64,000 nt of DNA, from NCBI RefSeq assembly GCF_039945315.1, contig NZ_JBDUXB010000049.1, positions 21,891-85,890 on the forward strand, read 5' to 3'. The DNA is from Tateyamaria sp. (GTDB taxonomy: Bacteria > Pseudomonadota > Alphaproteobacteria > Rhodobacterales > Rhodobacteraceae). The translations under genes and the position numbers were made by a program. Positions within the stretch are counted from its first letter, which is position 1, and every line of letters starts with the position of its first letter. The notes under the pieces were generated by a model. The model saw nothing but the letters and a program-made list of their open reading frames with translations. It had not been told where the DNA came from and made no database searches. This document shows positions 39,022 to 49,017 of this stretch, one piece after another.

Positions 39022-40019
39022 TTCAGTTGCACCAGTTCAGCCCCGTTCCAATACCAGATAAAGTTGCAGGCCCCGCCTGTTTGCCCTGCCGCATCGCACA
39101 TTGAAAGAGACCCACCCAGCGAGACGCCTTGCAGGCCATTGGTGAGCGGTTGCAGTTGAACGCCGAGCGCGAGCAGGTTGAGTGGGCCGCCAATGCGCGC
39201 GTATGCGCTGGACAGGTACACATCTGCGCTGCACATGGATGCGCCGCAGAACGGGCGGGGTAGCCCTTGGGTGCAGGTAATGCGGCCCCAGTTCACCACT
39301 GCGTCTTCCTGCCCGTCGCCGTCAATCTCGCCCAGAAGGATCGCGCTGTCTTCGATTTGCGCCGGTCCGGAGCAACCATCGCGGATATGCGCGCGGGCGT
39401 AGCCGACCATACCATCAGGTATGGTAGGTCCAGTATCGTCTGCCATCAGGCTGTTGTTCGCTTGTGGCCAGAATTGATCCAGCGGCGCCGGAGCTGGCAG
39501 CCCCGCCCGGCGGTATTCGACAACACAGAACGCCATCGCTTCGGCCACCGATTGGTTCATTTGGTCGGTTGTAACGCGGGTATGTGGCCCGGCCTCTGGC
39601 CCCACGACAACATCCGCCGACGTCATCAGCGACAGGGACAGTGCATCGGTCATGCCCACCTGCACCTGCCATTCACCGTCAAGTTCGTTCCAGATGGTTG
39701 GCGGCAGACGGTAGCCGGTGCCACCCGACCAGATCACCACATCACTGCGCTGATACACCGTGGCGGGTGCCGCCATCAGTGGTGGGCGCAGGCTGTAGAT
39801 CAAATGGAACGGATCTGTGCGCGCCTCTTCGTGGGCGCCGACGCTCACTGCGGGCAGCCCTTGGCGCGATGTGCCGTTGCAACGCACGGCAAACCCTGTT
39901 CCCTCGGCCACGGCAAGTCCGTAAAAAAGCGCGCCGTCATCCGCCGTGCGCGCAACCCAACTAGCATGCACAGGTGTCGCCAGCACGAAGGCGCAAAGGG
40001 TTGCCCTTAGCCCATCCAT
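39018..40019 (-). CDS. hypothetical secreted protein with Cys-rich C-terminal region
   Basis: Signal-like N-terminus (ATLCAFVLATPVHAS). C-terminus DGDGQEDAVVNWGRITC...FCGASMCSADVY...MCDAAGQTGGACNF. No motif I can name. Confidence 0.6.
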   Translation of the reverse strand: MDGLRATLCAFVLATPVHASWVARTADDGALFYGLAVAEGTGFAVRCNGTSRQGLPAVSVGAHEEARTDPFHLIYSLRPPLMAAPATVYQRSDVVIWSGGTGYRLPPTIWNELDGEWQVQVGMTDALSLSLMTSADVVVGPEAGPHTRVTTDQMNQSVAEAMAFCVVEYRRAGLPAPAPLDQFWPQANNSLMADDTGPTIPDGMVGYARAHIRDGCSGPAQIEDSAILLGEIDGDGQEDAVVNWGRITCTQGLPRPFCGASMCSADVYLSSAYARIGGPLNLLALGVQLQPLTNGLQGVSLGGSLSMCDAAGQTGGACNFIWYWNGAELVQLK

Positions 40020-40972
40020 GTGGGCCCTGCTGCGTCATCCGTCGCGACGATGTGATACAGCGACGCCTCACCTGTCATTGAAGGAACCGCACTGTGGGGA
40101 ATGTTCTCGGGCACGCTCATCGTGTCGCCTGGGGCAAGTGTTGTTGCCCCACCTTGCCACGTCACACGCCAATGGCCGCGCATTGGCATCAACACCGACG
40201 GGCGCTCGTGTTGGTGCATCTCATTGGTCGCGCTGCCCCGGGTGATCAGGTCCACCTCGAACCCCGGTTTGTCGCGAATGATGCCTGTTTCGCCAATCAC
40301 CTTGCAGGGCGCGTGCTGGCCTAGCGCCATCATGTCGTTGTAGCGGCGTACCCCCATGCCGACGACCTGCATCGGCGTCATCTCAGGGTACTCGGTCAAT
40401 TCGTCCTCGGTCAGGATTGGCATCGGTTTCACCCCATCGGGTAGCGCCTGACCCTGTTTGGTATCATAAAGCTTGCCGTTTTCGCCCAGCACCAACCCGT
40501 GATCGGCGGCATCCTCGATCACTTGGGGTGCCCAGATGACACCACCGCCCGCATCATCACCGCCAAGGATCGCCATGATCATCCCGTAGTCGGTGCCGAT
40601 GTTTTCAAACCCACGGAAGATGCCGGTTGGGATGTTGATGATGTCGCCCTCTTCCAGCACCACCTCGCCCGCATCTCCCCAGCGGCCCCAGAAAAAGCGC
40701 CAACGACCCGACAGCACAAAGAACGCCTCAGCCGTGCGGTGACTGTGCAGCGAGTTGCGGCATTTGGGCGGTTGCCCTGCCGCCCCAATATTAAAGCCAT
40801 GCGGGATGGAGATGTGGACGTGCTGATCCGCGCTCTCTGAGACTCCGCCACCAATGATGGTGAAGTTTTCCTTTTGATCACTGCCCGGCGTATGTGCGTC
40901 GATGAACGCGGTCTTGCAGGGCATCAGATCGCCGTAACGCACAATGCGCGGCTCCATCTCAGCGGGGGTCAT
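40007..40972 (-). CDS. bicupin protein
   Basis: Two cupin modules (SLHSHRTAEAFFVLSGRW...GDIINIP and MHQHERPSVLMPMRGHW...GDTMSVP). Confidence 0.75.
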   Translation of the reverse strand: MTPAEMEPRIVRYGDLMPCKTAFIDAHTPGSDQKENFTIIGGGVSESADQHVHISIPHGFNIGAAGQPPKCRNSLHSHRTAEAFFVLSGRWRFFWGRWGDAGEVVLEEGDIINIPTGIFRGFENIGTDYGMIMAILGGDDAGGGVIWAPQVIEDAADHGLVLGENGKLYDTKQGQALPDGVKPMPILTEDELTEYPEMTPMQVVGMGVRRYNDMMALGQHAPCKVIGETGIIRDKPGFEVDLITRGSATNEMHQHERPSVLMPMRGHWRVTWQGGATTLAPGDTMSVPENIPHSAVPSMTGEASLYHIVATDDAAGPTWMG

Positions 40973-40976
40973 GGGC

Positions 40977-41507
40977 TTAGGTCCTTTCGGGGGGCATTAG
41001 GGGTGTTGAGAGAGGTGCTCCGGGTGTGGTCCCGGTCATTTCCGCGTGGATCCAGACCATGCGATCACAGAACCAGAGTTTTGGCAGTATGATGGCCACA
41101 AGCCCTGCCAGAACGGCAAAGGGGTCAAGCACAATCAGGCCGTATGCGAGGGGCAAAAGGCCTATGGCTGAAAGGCTTGTCAGCACATGAGAGGCACGAA
41201 TGTGGTGATCAGGGATGTCGTAACGGTCTCGGGCAAGGAAGATACGTTCGCCCAACGTGGCGCGCGACGCCCACGACCCAAAGTCCGACGGCACTGGAAA
41301 GACCCGCGGATTTGCCCAAGTCCAGAGGCACGCCAGCATAAACAATGGCAATGACCACCAACCGATCCATTGGCGCGCGTAGATCGCGAGCGCCAGCAGT
41401 GGCAGGCAGGTGAACCGCGACCAGACGCTGAGCGGGTTTGCATGGCGCTGCCAATCAGCGTCCTGCATCCCCATCAGTCGTTCTGCGGCGCGGTAGATGT
41501 CTGTCAT
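40977..41507 (-). CDS. hypothetical integral membrane protein
   Basis: 176 aa with about 4 hydrophobic helices. ATGA overlap with the upstream gene. Confidence 0.6.
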   Translation of the reverse strand: MTDIYRAAERLMGMQDADWQRHANPLSVWSRFTCLPLLALAIYARQWIGWWSLPLFMLACLWTWANPRVFPVPSDFGSWASRATLGERIFLARDRYDIPDHHIRASHVLTSLSAIGLLPLAYGLIVLDPFAVLAGLVAIILPKLWFCDRMVWIHAEMTGTTPGAPLSTPLMPPERT

Positions 41508-42118
41508 CCCTGCCCTCGCAGCGCCGCGTTTTCAGCCTCGAGTTCTTGGATACGTGCGCTCAGATTGTCCATTTCCGGGCCAACCAGTTGCGCAATTTCT
41601 GCACTGTCAAAGCGCGGCGTGATGAATTGCGGGCAGTTCCAGTCGAAGGCTGCCAGCTTGATGGTGACGAGGCGTTCTACACGTCCCTGCCCTTCGACGG
41701 TAAGGCGTGCGGCGAGGTCGGCACTGTCGGCTGCATTTTGGAACGTGGCGTGACCTTGCAGCTTCAAACGGGCTTTGCGCGGGTAGTCCATCAGGAACAG
41801 CGACACCCGGTCGTCATGGTCCACGTTGCCATGGCTGATATGCTGCTTGTTCCCTTTGTAATCGGCAAAGGCGAGCGTGTGATCGTCAAGCACCTGGAGG
41901 AATCCCACGGGACCGCCCCGGTGCTGGATGTAAGGCCAGCCAGTTTCAGAGACGCTGGCCATGTAGAACGAGGTTCGGCTGGTAATGAACGCGATGTCAT
42001 CCGCGCCCATTGGTCGCGTGCGCGCACCGTAGTTGCGGGCATACATCTCGCGCGTGCCCTCGACGTCTTGAAGCGCTTGCACGGCGAGTGTGAACATCAA
42101 TTCGTCATAGCGTTGCAT
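41504..42118 (-). CDS. pyridoxamine 5'-phosphate oxidase-like FMN-binding protein with coiled C-terminal tail
   Basis: Split-barrel pattern (SFYMASVSETGWPYIQHRGGPVGF...NVDHDDRVSLFLMD). The C-terminus ARIQELEAENAALRGQG looks like a coiled coil. Confidence 0.7.
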   Translation of the reverse strand: MQRYDELMFTLAVQALQDVEGTREMYARNYGARTRPMGADDIAFITSRTSFYMASVSETGWPYIQHRGGPVGFLQVLDDHTLAFADYKGNKQHISHGNVDHDDRVSLFLMDYPRKARLKLQGHATFQNAADSADLAARLTVEGQGRVERLVTIKLAAFDWNCPQFITPRFDSAEIAQLVGPEMDNLSARIQELEAENAALRGQG

Positions 42119-42135
42119 AGGTCAGATCCCTTTTG

Positions 42136-42158
42136 TCGTCTGCGGTGTGTGCAGACGA
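42136..42158 (-). other. intercistronic hairpin
   Basis: TCGTCTGC-N7-GCAGACGA (8-bp perfect stem) between the NTF2-like gene (stop 42205) and the PNPOx-like gene (start 42118). No U-tract. Confidence 0.45.
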
Positions 42159-42204
42159 TTGAGAGTTGGAGACCGTATGGTTCCCATTCAAGGCCATTCG
42201 CGCG

Positions 42205-43182
42205 TTATCCTGTTTGAAGCAGGATCTGTTTCCAGATCGCCGTTTCATCAAACAGTGCAAATTCACGGCGCAGACCCCATGGGCCGAATTCGGCATGGCT
42301 GATGCCCAGCACGTAAACCTCTGCCCCTGTCGGCGCGCCAAAGTAGCCCCAGCCGTCATGTTTGCCATGCAACGCCCAGCGGATCGCTGCGCGGGGTGGC
42401 ATATGATCATCGTCGCGCCCAATCTGGTGGTCGATGGTAAAGGTTGCATCCGGGAAAGACGCGCGCAGGCCCATCCAGAACCGATCAACCGGGCCATGGC
42501 TGTGCCCGGTGGTGCCGCCGGGATATTCGGACTGCACGGCGCGATCGTATTCAGCCGGGATCACGGCCATGTCCGCGCTCATGATCCGGGTGAGGATATC
42601 GGCGTATTTCTTACCCCATGCGTTGTCATTGCCCCGCCCTTTGTAGGGCCCGGGCTGATCTGTTGCAGGGGTCAGCGGGCGCGCTGCCTTTTCTGGTCCG
42701 CCTTCGCGTGCGATCAGATCAGCGGCGTATTCCTTGGCGTCCCAGCCGATTTGATTGACGATGGCCGTTTGATCCCGGATCAGCCATTCATCGTTGATTT
42801 GATTGTTGATCGCGTGGCAGTCCGCAATGATCCGGTATTGCAGCTTCTTGCCAGACGCAGGCCCATAGACGCCGTCGGCCGTGTGTGTCGCTGTCGACAG
42901 GATGCGGTGGGACGACAACATGCCCTCTTCCGGGGTGCCTGACCAAATGACGTCTTCACCCAGAAGCGTGCGGTCAGGGAATTCCGCAAGCGTGGCCATT
43001 GTCGCCCCGATGACCTTTTCGTTCCCGATCACCACACTTCCGGGCGAACGCACCACAATGTCGTTGCTGTAGTAATGGTGCAGTGTCGCGATGCCGCGGT
43101 CTTCCCATATCTCTTTGGTGATGCCGATGATGTAGTCGGGGAAATCTTTCCACCGGTTTGAAAAACCCTTCATGAGGTCCAT
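42205..43182 (-). CDS. tandem SnoaL/NTF2-like (ester-cyclase-like) domain protein, paralog C
   Basis: 325 aa, two NTF2-like halves, divergent from paralogs A and B. Start at 43182, or at 43173 (ATGA overlap with the LacI stop). Confidence 0.65.
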   Translation of the reverse strand: MDLMKGFSNRWKDFPDYIIGITKEIWEDRGIATLHHYYSNDIVVRSPGSVVIGNEKVIGATMATLAEFPDRTLLGEDVIWSGTPEEGMLSSHRILSTATHTADGVYGPASGKKLQYRIIADCHAINNQINDEWLIRDQTAIVNQIGWDAKEYAADLIAREGGPEKAARPLTPATDQPGPYKGRGNDNAWGKKYADILTRIMSADMAVIPAEYDRAVQSEYPGGTTGHSHGPVDRFWMGLRASFPDATFTIDHQIGRDDDHMPPRAAIRWALHGKHDGWGYFGAPTGAEVYVLGISHAEFGPWGLRREFALFDETAIWKQILLQTG

Positions 43183-44189
43183 CCTTTGGGAATGCGGGCA
43201 GAGCCGCGAATGATCAGGGGGCCGTCAAGTGCAACACGGCGCGGTTTGGTGTCGGGATCGCTCAGGCGATCCATCAGGATACCCACAGTGGCTTGCGCCA
43301 TTTGCCCGGCAGGCTGGCGCACTGTGGTCAGATCATAGCTGGGCCATGCGGCAAGCGTCACGTCGTCGTACCCCACAACGGACACGTCGCCCGGAACCGA
43401 AAGCCCCAGTTCGAAACGCAGGACATCCATGACCGCAAAGGCCATGTGGTCATTGGCGCAGAACACCGCATCAGGAATATCGGTTGCGGAAAATATGTCG
43501 CGCGCGACCGCCTTGGCCTGCTCAAACTGAAAGTCACTCATGGCGCGGGCGAACAGGCTCTGGCCTGCTGCGTTCAACCCCGCAACGAACCCCGCCTCGC
43601 GGTCCCGCTGCGTCGAGGCCCCCTCCCAACCAGCGATATGGGCAATGCGGCTGTGCCCGCCCGCGACAAGGAATTCAGCCAGCTTGCGCCCACCGTGGTA
43701 GTTGTCGGATGTCACAGCAGAGAGGCGATCATCATCCTGCGCGCGGTTGAACAGCACGATCGGGATGCCTGCGGCCTCGCATCGACGCGTCAGATCATTG
43801 GACATTCCGACAGAGGCCGCGATGATCCCATCGACCTGGTAGTCGAGCAGTTCTTCCATCACCTCGTCCGCCTCTTCGCCGGAGTTCGCAGCCATAAAGA
43901 CGAGGACGTGATAGCCCCGCTTTTGTAGCTCGTGGCTGAGCCGTTCGATGGCTTCGGGATAGAATTGGTTTTCGAGATAGGCGACCAGAAGACCGATAAT
44001 ACGCGAGCGCCCGGTGATCAGGGAGCGTGCCAGTACGTTGGGGCGATACCCGAGGGCTTCGGCTGCCGAGCGGACTTTTTTGGCCGTGCGTTCGGACACA
44101 GAGGCACCCGGCGTGAACACACGAGACACAGCCGAGCGCGACACACCCGCCCGTTCCGCCACGTCCAATGCTGTTACCTTTTCGCCCAT
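43170..44189 (-). CDS. LacI-family transcriptional regulator
   Basis: N-terminal HTH VTALDVAERAGVSRSAVSRVF and a periplasmic-binding-fold core. Start set at MGEKVT (TGATG overlap with the SDR stop). Confidence 0.9.
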   Translation of the reverse strand: MGEKVTALDVAERAGVSRSAVSRVFTPGASVSERTAKKVRSAAEALGYRPNVLARSLITGRSRIIGLLVAYLENQFYPEAIERLSHELQKRGYHVLVFMAANSGEEADEVMEELLDYQVDGIIAASVGMSNDLTRRCEAAGIPIVLFNRAQDDDRLSAVTSDNYHGGRKLAEFLVAGGHSRIAHIAGWEGASTQRDREAGFVAGLNAAGQSLFARAMSDFQFEQAKAVARDIFSATDIPDAVFCANDHMAFAVMDVLRFELGLSVPGDVSVVGYDDVTLAAWPSYDLTTVRQPAGQMAQATVGILMDRLSDPDTKPRRVALDGPLIIRGSARIPKGWTS

Positions 44190-44950
44190 CAGTCTGCCGT
44201 CCAACCTCCGTCGATCAGCATTGAAGTGCCTGTCACCATGGCCGAGGCGTCACTTGCCAGAAACTGCACCGCGCCCATGATGTCACTCACCTCGCCCACG
44301 CGGGGCAATTTGATCTTGTCCATGATCCACGTATAGCGGTCCGGGTCGTTGAACGTCGGTTCCGTCAGCGGCGTGCGTATGAAGGTCGGGCAGATCGTAT
44401 TGATGCGGACACCTGATTTACCCCACTCGATTGCCATGGCTTTGACCATCCCTTCGACCGCGTGTTTGGTCGCGCAATAGACCGTGCGGTCGATACCGCC
44501 CACGTGGCCCATCTGGGATGAAATGTGGATGATCGAGCCGGGTTTGTTTGCCTTGATCAGCGCGCGTGCGGCGGACGTCGACAGGAAGTATGCACCTTTG
44601 ACGTTGATGTCGAAAACCGCGTCATAATCCTGCGGTACAGTGTCGAGGGCTGCACTGTGCCGCGCAAGGCCAGCCGAGTTGACGACGACATCACAGGGCG
44701 TCTCAAAGGCGGCGTAGACGGCGGGAATGTCGGTCTGATCCAGCTGCAACGCCTCTGCGCTCAGCCCGGCGGCTTGCATGGCGGCGACCGCATCGTTCAG
44801 CACGTCTGCGCGTCTTGCCGCACACACCACATGCGCGCCGGCCTCGGCCAACGCCACGGCGCAGCCCAGCCCAATGCCCGACGATGCCCCTGTCACCAGA
44901 GCGCGTTTTCCCGTCAAATCGAGCGATGGTGTGCGTGGCAAAGTTCTCAT
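44189..44950 (-). CDS. SDR-family oxidoreductase
   Basis: TGASSGIGLG, NSAG and YCATKHAV motifs. ATGA overlap with the upstream gene. Confidence 0.9.
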   Translation of the reverse strand: MRTLPRTPSLDLTGKRALVTGASSGIGLGCAVALAEAGAHVVCAARRADVLNDAVAAMQAAGLSAEALQLDQTDIPAVYAAFETPCDVVVNSAGLARHSAALDTVPQDYDAVFDINVKGAYFLSTSAARALIKANKPGSIIHISSQMGHVGGIDRTVYCATKHAVEGMVKAMAIEWGKSGVRINTICPTFIRTPLTEPTFNDPDRYTWIMDKIKLPRVGEVSDIMGAVQFLASDASAMVTGTSMLIDGGWTAD

Positions 44951-46002
44951 AGCGCCTGCCCCGTTTCAGGACCAAACCCAGCGCGTGCCTTATTGAACTC
45001 GCGCATGCGCCCCAGCACGTCTACCCCGATCTGGTCATACATATGCAGCAGGTCCACCATCACCCAATTCTCCCGTATCAACCCGTTCTCAAGCCGCCAG
45101 AAATCCAGGCTGCGCATCGCAACCTTTTTATCTGTCGGGGGCAGGCCCAACCATCCATCGTGCGTTATGGTCTGATACATGTTCGGCCAGCCCGTGACCG
45201 CCGCATAGGCGCGGTCCCCGAAGAAGTGATAGACGATGTCATCCACAAAGGCACCACGATCCGGCATCCCATTCAGAAACGGGATCTGGTGCCAGTTGCG
45301 AAAACCCGCGATACCCCGTCCCGAGCCGATGCCAGAGGGGCCGTACCACATCACGCGCGGGTGCCAGAACCGTTCCATCTCCATCACTTCAGGGCCGCCC
45401 TGGCTGGGGTGGCGTTTCATGTGCTCCAGCATGTCGATGATATGCTGGCAGGTGGCCGCGCCCTCTTTGTCGTCATAGGGTCCCGGCACCAGCCCATCGC
45501 AGGTGGCAGGCCCCGGCACGTGCCATTCGCGCCCAAGGCTCCGCACCATTGGCCACGCGCCCGCCTGCATCATCACCTCGGGAATATCCCAGAGCGCCTG
45601 CATCTCGACCACGCGACCGTCAACAAAGCGGTAAAACTCGTGGAACCGCATGTGCACGATGTGCCCCGTGGCCGGGATATCCAGCCAAGGGTGCTGGAAG
45701 GTGCCGGTGTAGTAGCCGCCACATCCAACCCAGTCGTGCCCATCCGGGGTGGGGCCGGCCATAACGATGAAATCGCGCCGTTCCAGATCAGGGATCGCAG
45801 CCAGCAGTGGGTCGTAAGCCTTGTCAAAATAGGCGTCCACCCCCGCAGTCGTTTCGAACGGAAAAGCCAAATTGAATTGGACATCGGTGTCACAAACAGC
45901 ATGCAGGGCGGCGCGCACTGCGTTCGCGTTAAAATCATACATGGCAGCCCGCAAAGGGGCCAAAAGAGTCTTGTGCAGCGTATGTGTATCGCTCATGGCC
46001 AA
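44947..46002 (-). CDS. tandem SnoaL/NTF2-like domain protein, paralog B
   Basis: Shares blocks with paralog A: AAIPDLERR, GGYYTG, IPATG, FWHPRVMWYGPSGIG, LDFWR and ENWVMVDLLHMYDQIGVDV. An alternative start at 45996 gives an ATGA overlap. Confidence 0.7.
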   Translation of the reverse strand: MAMSDTHTLHKTLLAPLRAAMYDFNANAVRAALHAVCDTDVQFNLAFPFETTAGVDAYFDKAYDPLLAAIPDLERRDFIVMAGPTPDGHDWVGCGGYYTGTFQHPWLDIPATGHIVHMRFHEFYRFVDGRVVEMQALWDIPEVMMQAGAWPMVRSLGREWHVPGPATCDGLVPGPYDDKEGAATCQHIIDMLEHMKRHPSQGGPEVMEMERFWHPRVMWYGPSGIGSGRGIAGFRNWHQIPFLNGMPDRGAFVDDIVYHFFGDRAYAAVTGWPNMYQTITHDGWLGLPPTDKKVAMRSLDFWRLENGLIRENWVMVDLLHMYDQIGVDVLGRMREFNKARAGFGPETGQAL

Positions 46003-47003
46003 TGCCCCTTGGCCCGCGCAAATAGATCGACACCCATCTGAGCAAAGAGATGGATCATATCTACAAACACCCAGTTTTCGGTGAATTGCCCGCCAGTGCG
46101 CAGCCAGAAATCAAGGCCCGAGACCTCCAGATGCGCAGCACTGGCAGGCTGGCCCAGATAAGGACCGGTATGTGTCGCGACAACGCCCTTGGGTCCAGAG
46201 GCGGCGACCATACGGCCTTCGGCAAATAGGCTTTCCAGATGCATCACCTTGCGGTCAGGAAAGGCCGTCAGCCACGGGCGTTGGTGCAAGGTTTCGAACT
46301 CGTGCAATGACAGGCAGGCTCCGATCCCGCCGGGGCCATACCATTTGATTTTGGGATGGAAAAAGCGGGCCATACCCATGCTTGAGAGATCACTTTCGTC
46401 AAAGGTGTTGAGACCCCCAAAGATCAACGCCTGACCCAACCCCATGCTTTGCTCGGTCTCTTTGACGTTTTGGGCATCAGCCAGTACTCCATCATAGCCC
46501 GTCGGGGCCGGGTAGACATGCGAGGCCCCGTTCGGGCGCGGCAGGATGGGCAGTCCAATCTGTTCGAACCAATCGACAAAATCCCAAATGGTCTGGGCAT
46601 GTGTCACTTGCCCGTCTGCATCAAAGCGCAAAAATTCACCCCAGCGAATGCGCAGATCGCGCGTCGTTGCCGGAATGCCAAAGACGTCCGCGATGGCGCG
46701 GCCAGTGTAGTAGCCCGTGCCAGCGACCCACCACGCACCATCCCCCTGCCCGCTTTCATTGGCCGAAGACTGACCGCCCATCAGGATATGGGTCTGGCGC
46801 TGCAAATCCGGGATCGCGGCCCGCAGGGGGGTAAACATCGCAGCAACGATGCCCGCACCGCTGCTGTGGATGCCAATGGGTTCGGGTCCCTGCCACTGCT
46901 TGACCTTGTCCAGCAACGCCAACGCTCTGTTCGGGTCGCGGTCAAGTTCCGCCCAAAGTGTCAGTGCCTTCGCCTTGTTGCGTTGATTGATGTCGGTCCC
47001 CAT
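45993..47003 (-). CDS. tandem SnoaL/NTF2-like domain protein, paralog A
   Basis: AAIPDLQRQ, GYYTG, IPATT, FFHPKIKWYGPGGIG, LDFWL and ENWVFVDMIHLFAQMGVDL. Start at MGTDIN (ATG 47003). The track ORF carries a spurious 61-codon N-terminal extension. Confidence 0.7.
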   Translation of the reverse strand: MGTDINQRNKAKALTLWAELDRDPNRALALLDKVKQWQGPEPIGIHSSGAGIVAAMFTPLRAAIPDLQRQTHILMGGQSSANESGQGDGAWWVAGTGYYTGRAIADVFGIPATTRDLRIRWGEFLRFDADGQVTHAQTIWDFVDWFEQIGLPILPRPNGASHVYPAPTGYDGVLADAQNVKETEQSMGLGQALIFGGLNTFDESDLSSMGMARFFHPKIKWYGPGGIGACLSLHEFETLHQRPWLTAFPDRKVMHLESLFAEGRMVAASGPKGVVATHTGPYLGQPASAAHLEVSGLDFWLRTGGQFTENWVFVDMIHLFAQMGVDLFARAKGHWP

Positions 47004-47068
47004 AGGGTCTTCTTCTCTGATTTCAAAAATCCTGGGGGAGTCCGCAGGACGGAGGCTAGCCCCCCTTT

Positions 47069-48397
47069 TTACTCTGCGGCATCCCGTGCTGGGGCACCGG
47101 TGCCGTAAGGCACGTTCACACCGCCGTAGCGGCGCACACGCAGGTTGCACTGCTCCGCATGGCCCACGAACCCTTCGAGCATGCACAGGCGCGAACCATA
47201 GGCGCCGATTTCAGCAGCCGCCGCGTCTGTTGTGACCTTTTGATAGGAATGCGTCTTGAGGAACTTGCCGACCCACAGACCGCCCGTGTACCGCCCCGCC
47301 TTTTTGGTTGGCAGCGTGTGGTTGGTTCCAATCACCTTGTCCCCATTGGCCACGTTGGTGCGTGGACCAAGGAAGAGCGCGCCGTAGCAGGTCATATGCT
47401 CGAGGAACCAGGCGTCGCGATCAGTCATCACTTGCACATGTTCCGACGCGATGTCGTCTGCGACTTCCAGCATCTCGTCATAGGTATCGCACAAGATCAC
47501 TTCGCCGTAGTCCTCCCACGACTTGGACGCAGTGTCGGCCGTTGGCAGGATGGTCAGAATGCGGTCTATCTCGACCAGCGTCGCCTCGGCCAGCTTGCGG
47601 CTGTTGGTGAGCAAAACAGCCGGAGAGTTGTACCCATGCTCGGCCTGCCCCAAGAGATCGGTGGCACACATTTCAGCGTCCACCGTGTCGTCCGCGATCA
47701 CCATCGTCTCGGTCGGCCCGGCGAACAAATCAATGCCCACCTTGCCGAACAATTGCCGTTTGGCCTCTGCCACAAAGGCATTGCCGGGCCCGACGAGCAT
47801 ATGCACAGGTTCAATCGTTTCGGTGCCCAAAGCCATCGCGCCGATCGCCTGAATGCCACCCATCACGTAGATCTCGTGCGCGCCGCCCAAGTGCATGGCC
47901 GCGATCACGCCCGGGTTGGGTTTGCCCTGAAAGGGGGGCGTGCAGGCGATGATCCGCGGGACACCAGCGACAGAAGCTGTCGCGACCGACATGTGGGCCG
48001 AAGCCACCATCGGGAACTTGCCACCGGGCACGTAGCAGCCAACGGACTGCACCGGGATATTCTTGTGCCCGAGGATCACACCCGGCATCGTCTCAACCTC
48101 GATGTCCAGCATCGAGTCCCGCTGGGCTTGGGCAAAGTTGCGTACCTGCTCCTGTGCAAAACGGATGTCCTCCAACTCGCGCGGGGTCAGTTGCGCGATC
48201 AACGTATCGATCTCTTCGGCCGACAGTTTGAACGCAGGTGGCGAGTAATTGTCGAACTTTTCCGACAATTCGCGCACGGCCACGTCCCCGCGTGCCGCGA
48301 TATCCGCCAGAGTCGCCTCAACGATCGCACGCGTTTTGGCATCGTCTGCGTCCCGCTCCGTTTCCGGCTTCCCGGTTTTCAAATACTCAATTGTCAT
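47069..48397 (-). CDS. histidinol dehydrogenase-family (HisD-like) NAD-dependent dehydrogenase, catabolic paralog
   Basis: 442 aa with HisD-type layout throughout. Embedded in a transporter/regulator cluster, not in a his operon. Confidence 0.8.
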   Translation of the reverse strand: MTIEYLKTGKPETERDADDAKTRAIVEATLADIAARGDVAVRELSEKFDNYSPPAFKLSAEEIDTLIAQLTPRELEDIRFAQEQVRNFAQAQRDSMLDIEVETMPGVILGHKNIPVQSVGCYVPGGKFPMVASAHMSVATASVAGVPRIIACTPPFQGKPNPGVIAAMHLGGAHEIYVMGGIQAIGAMALGTETIEPVHMLVGPGNAFVAEAKRQLFGKVGIDLFAGPTETMVIADDTVDAEMCATDLLGQAEHGYNSPAVLLTNSRKLAEATLVEIDRILTILPTADTASKSWEDYGEVILCDTYDEMLEVADDIASEHVQVMTDRDAWFLEHMTCYGALFLGPRTNVANGDKVIGTNHTLPTKKAGRYTGGLWVGKFLKTHSYQKVTTDAAAAEIGAYGSRLCMLEGFVGHAEQCNLRVRRYGGVNVPYGTGAPARDAAE

Positions 48398-48401
48398 TTC
48401 G

Positions 48402-48938
48402 TCACCTCATCCCTGAGGGGTGGGGCGCGACCCTGTCGCCATTATCGAACGCCTCCCATCCCTCACCTTTGAAAACATCGACCCCAAGCTGGGCCAGCAC
48501 ATGCGGGAAATCGACCATGACGTAGTTGTCGGTGATCCGCCCGTCTTCGACTTTCCAGAAATCCATGTAGCGGATGTCGATCCGCTTGCCCGTGGGGGCG
48601 ACCCCCATGAAGTCACCCGAATGCGTTGCCTCTTGCCGTCCAAAGGCTGCGGCCCATTCGCCCATATAAATGCGCGCCTCGTCCACACAGACCTTGTCGC
48701 TGAAGGCGGCCTGAAACGGGCGCTGCCAGTTGTCCTGAAACTCTTGCAACCCGGTCTTGGTCCCGCAGCCCTGATTGCCCATCCAGCGAAAGCTTTCGGC
48801 AAAGAACTGGCCAATATCATCAATGCGGTGATCGTTGAGGCCGTCCACCATTCCTTCGATCACAGCGCGGGTTTCGTCTGTTTTGCTGAGATCGGTGTCG
48901 CGTGTCAGCACGGCTTGTTCGGGGCGAGACCCTTTCAT
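48402..48938 (-). CDS. single-domain SnoaL-like (ester cyclase/NTF2) protein
   Basis: 178 aa. [10 protein letters not shown]...[31 protein letters not shown] matches the second domains of paralogs A and B. Confidence 0.7.
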   Translation of the reverse strand: MKGSRPEQAVLTRDTDLSKTDETRAVIEGMVDGLNDHRIDDIGQFFAESFRWMGNQGCGTKTGLQEFQDNWQRPFQAAFSDKVCVDEARIYMGEWAAAFGRQEATHSGDFMGVAPTGKRIDIRYMDFWKVEDGRITDNYVMVDFPHVLAQLGVDVFKGEGWEAFDNGDRVAPHPSGMR

Positions 48939-49017
48939 GCAACGTCATCCTTGATTTTTGAGAACAGGACCGGGGCGCTGCCCCGGACCCCGTGGTATTT
49001 TGGGTCAGAAGAAACCA

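Noticed and set aside
47004-47068. G5...C5 structure followed by a T-run after the HisD-family gene stop.
   Set aside because: The stem is imperfect with several bulges, and I could not derive a convincing fold by eye. It might be a weak attenuator, but this is unsupported.
47069-48397. Calling the HisD-family gene either biosynthetic hisD or HpsN (sulfopropanediol 3-dehydrogenase).
   Set aside because: The context is a LacI/ABC catabolic cluster, not a his operon. HpsN is a known HisD homolog in roseobacters. However, I see no hpsO/hpsP-type gene set, no TRAP transporter and no sulfolactate genes here, so a specific assignment is unsupported.
47159-48472. 437-aa plus-strand ORF.
   Set aside because: It is antisense to the HisD-family gene and has shadow-ORF composition. 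The same reasoning was applied to 16083-16805, 16785-17465, 30110-31099, 45043-46041 and 53930-54964.
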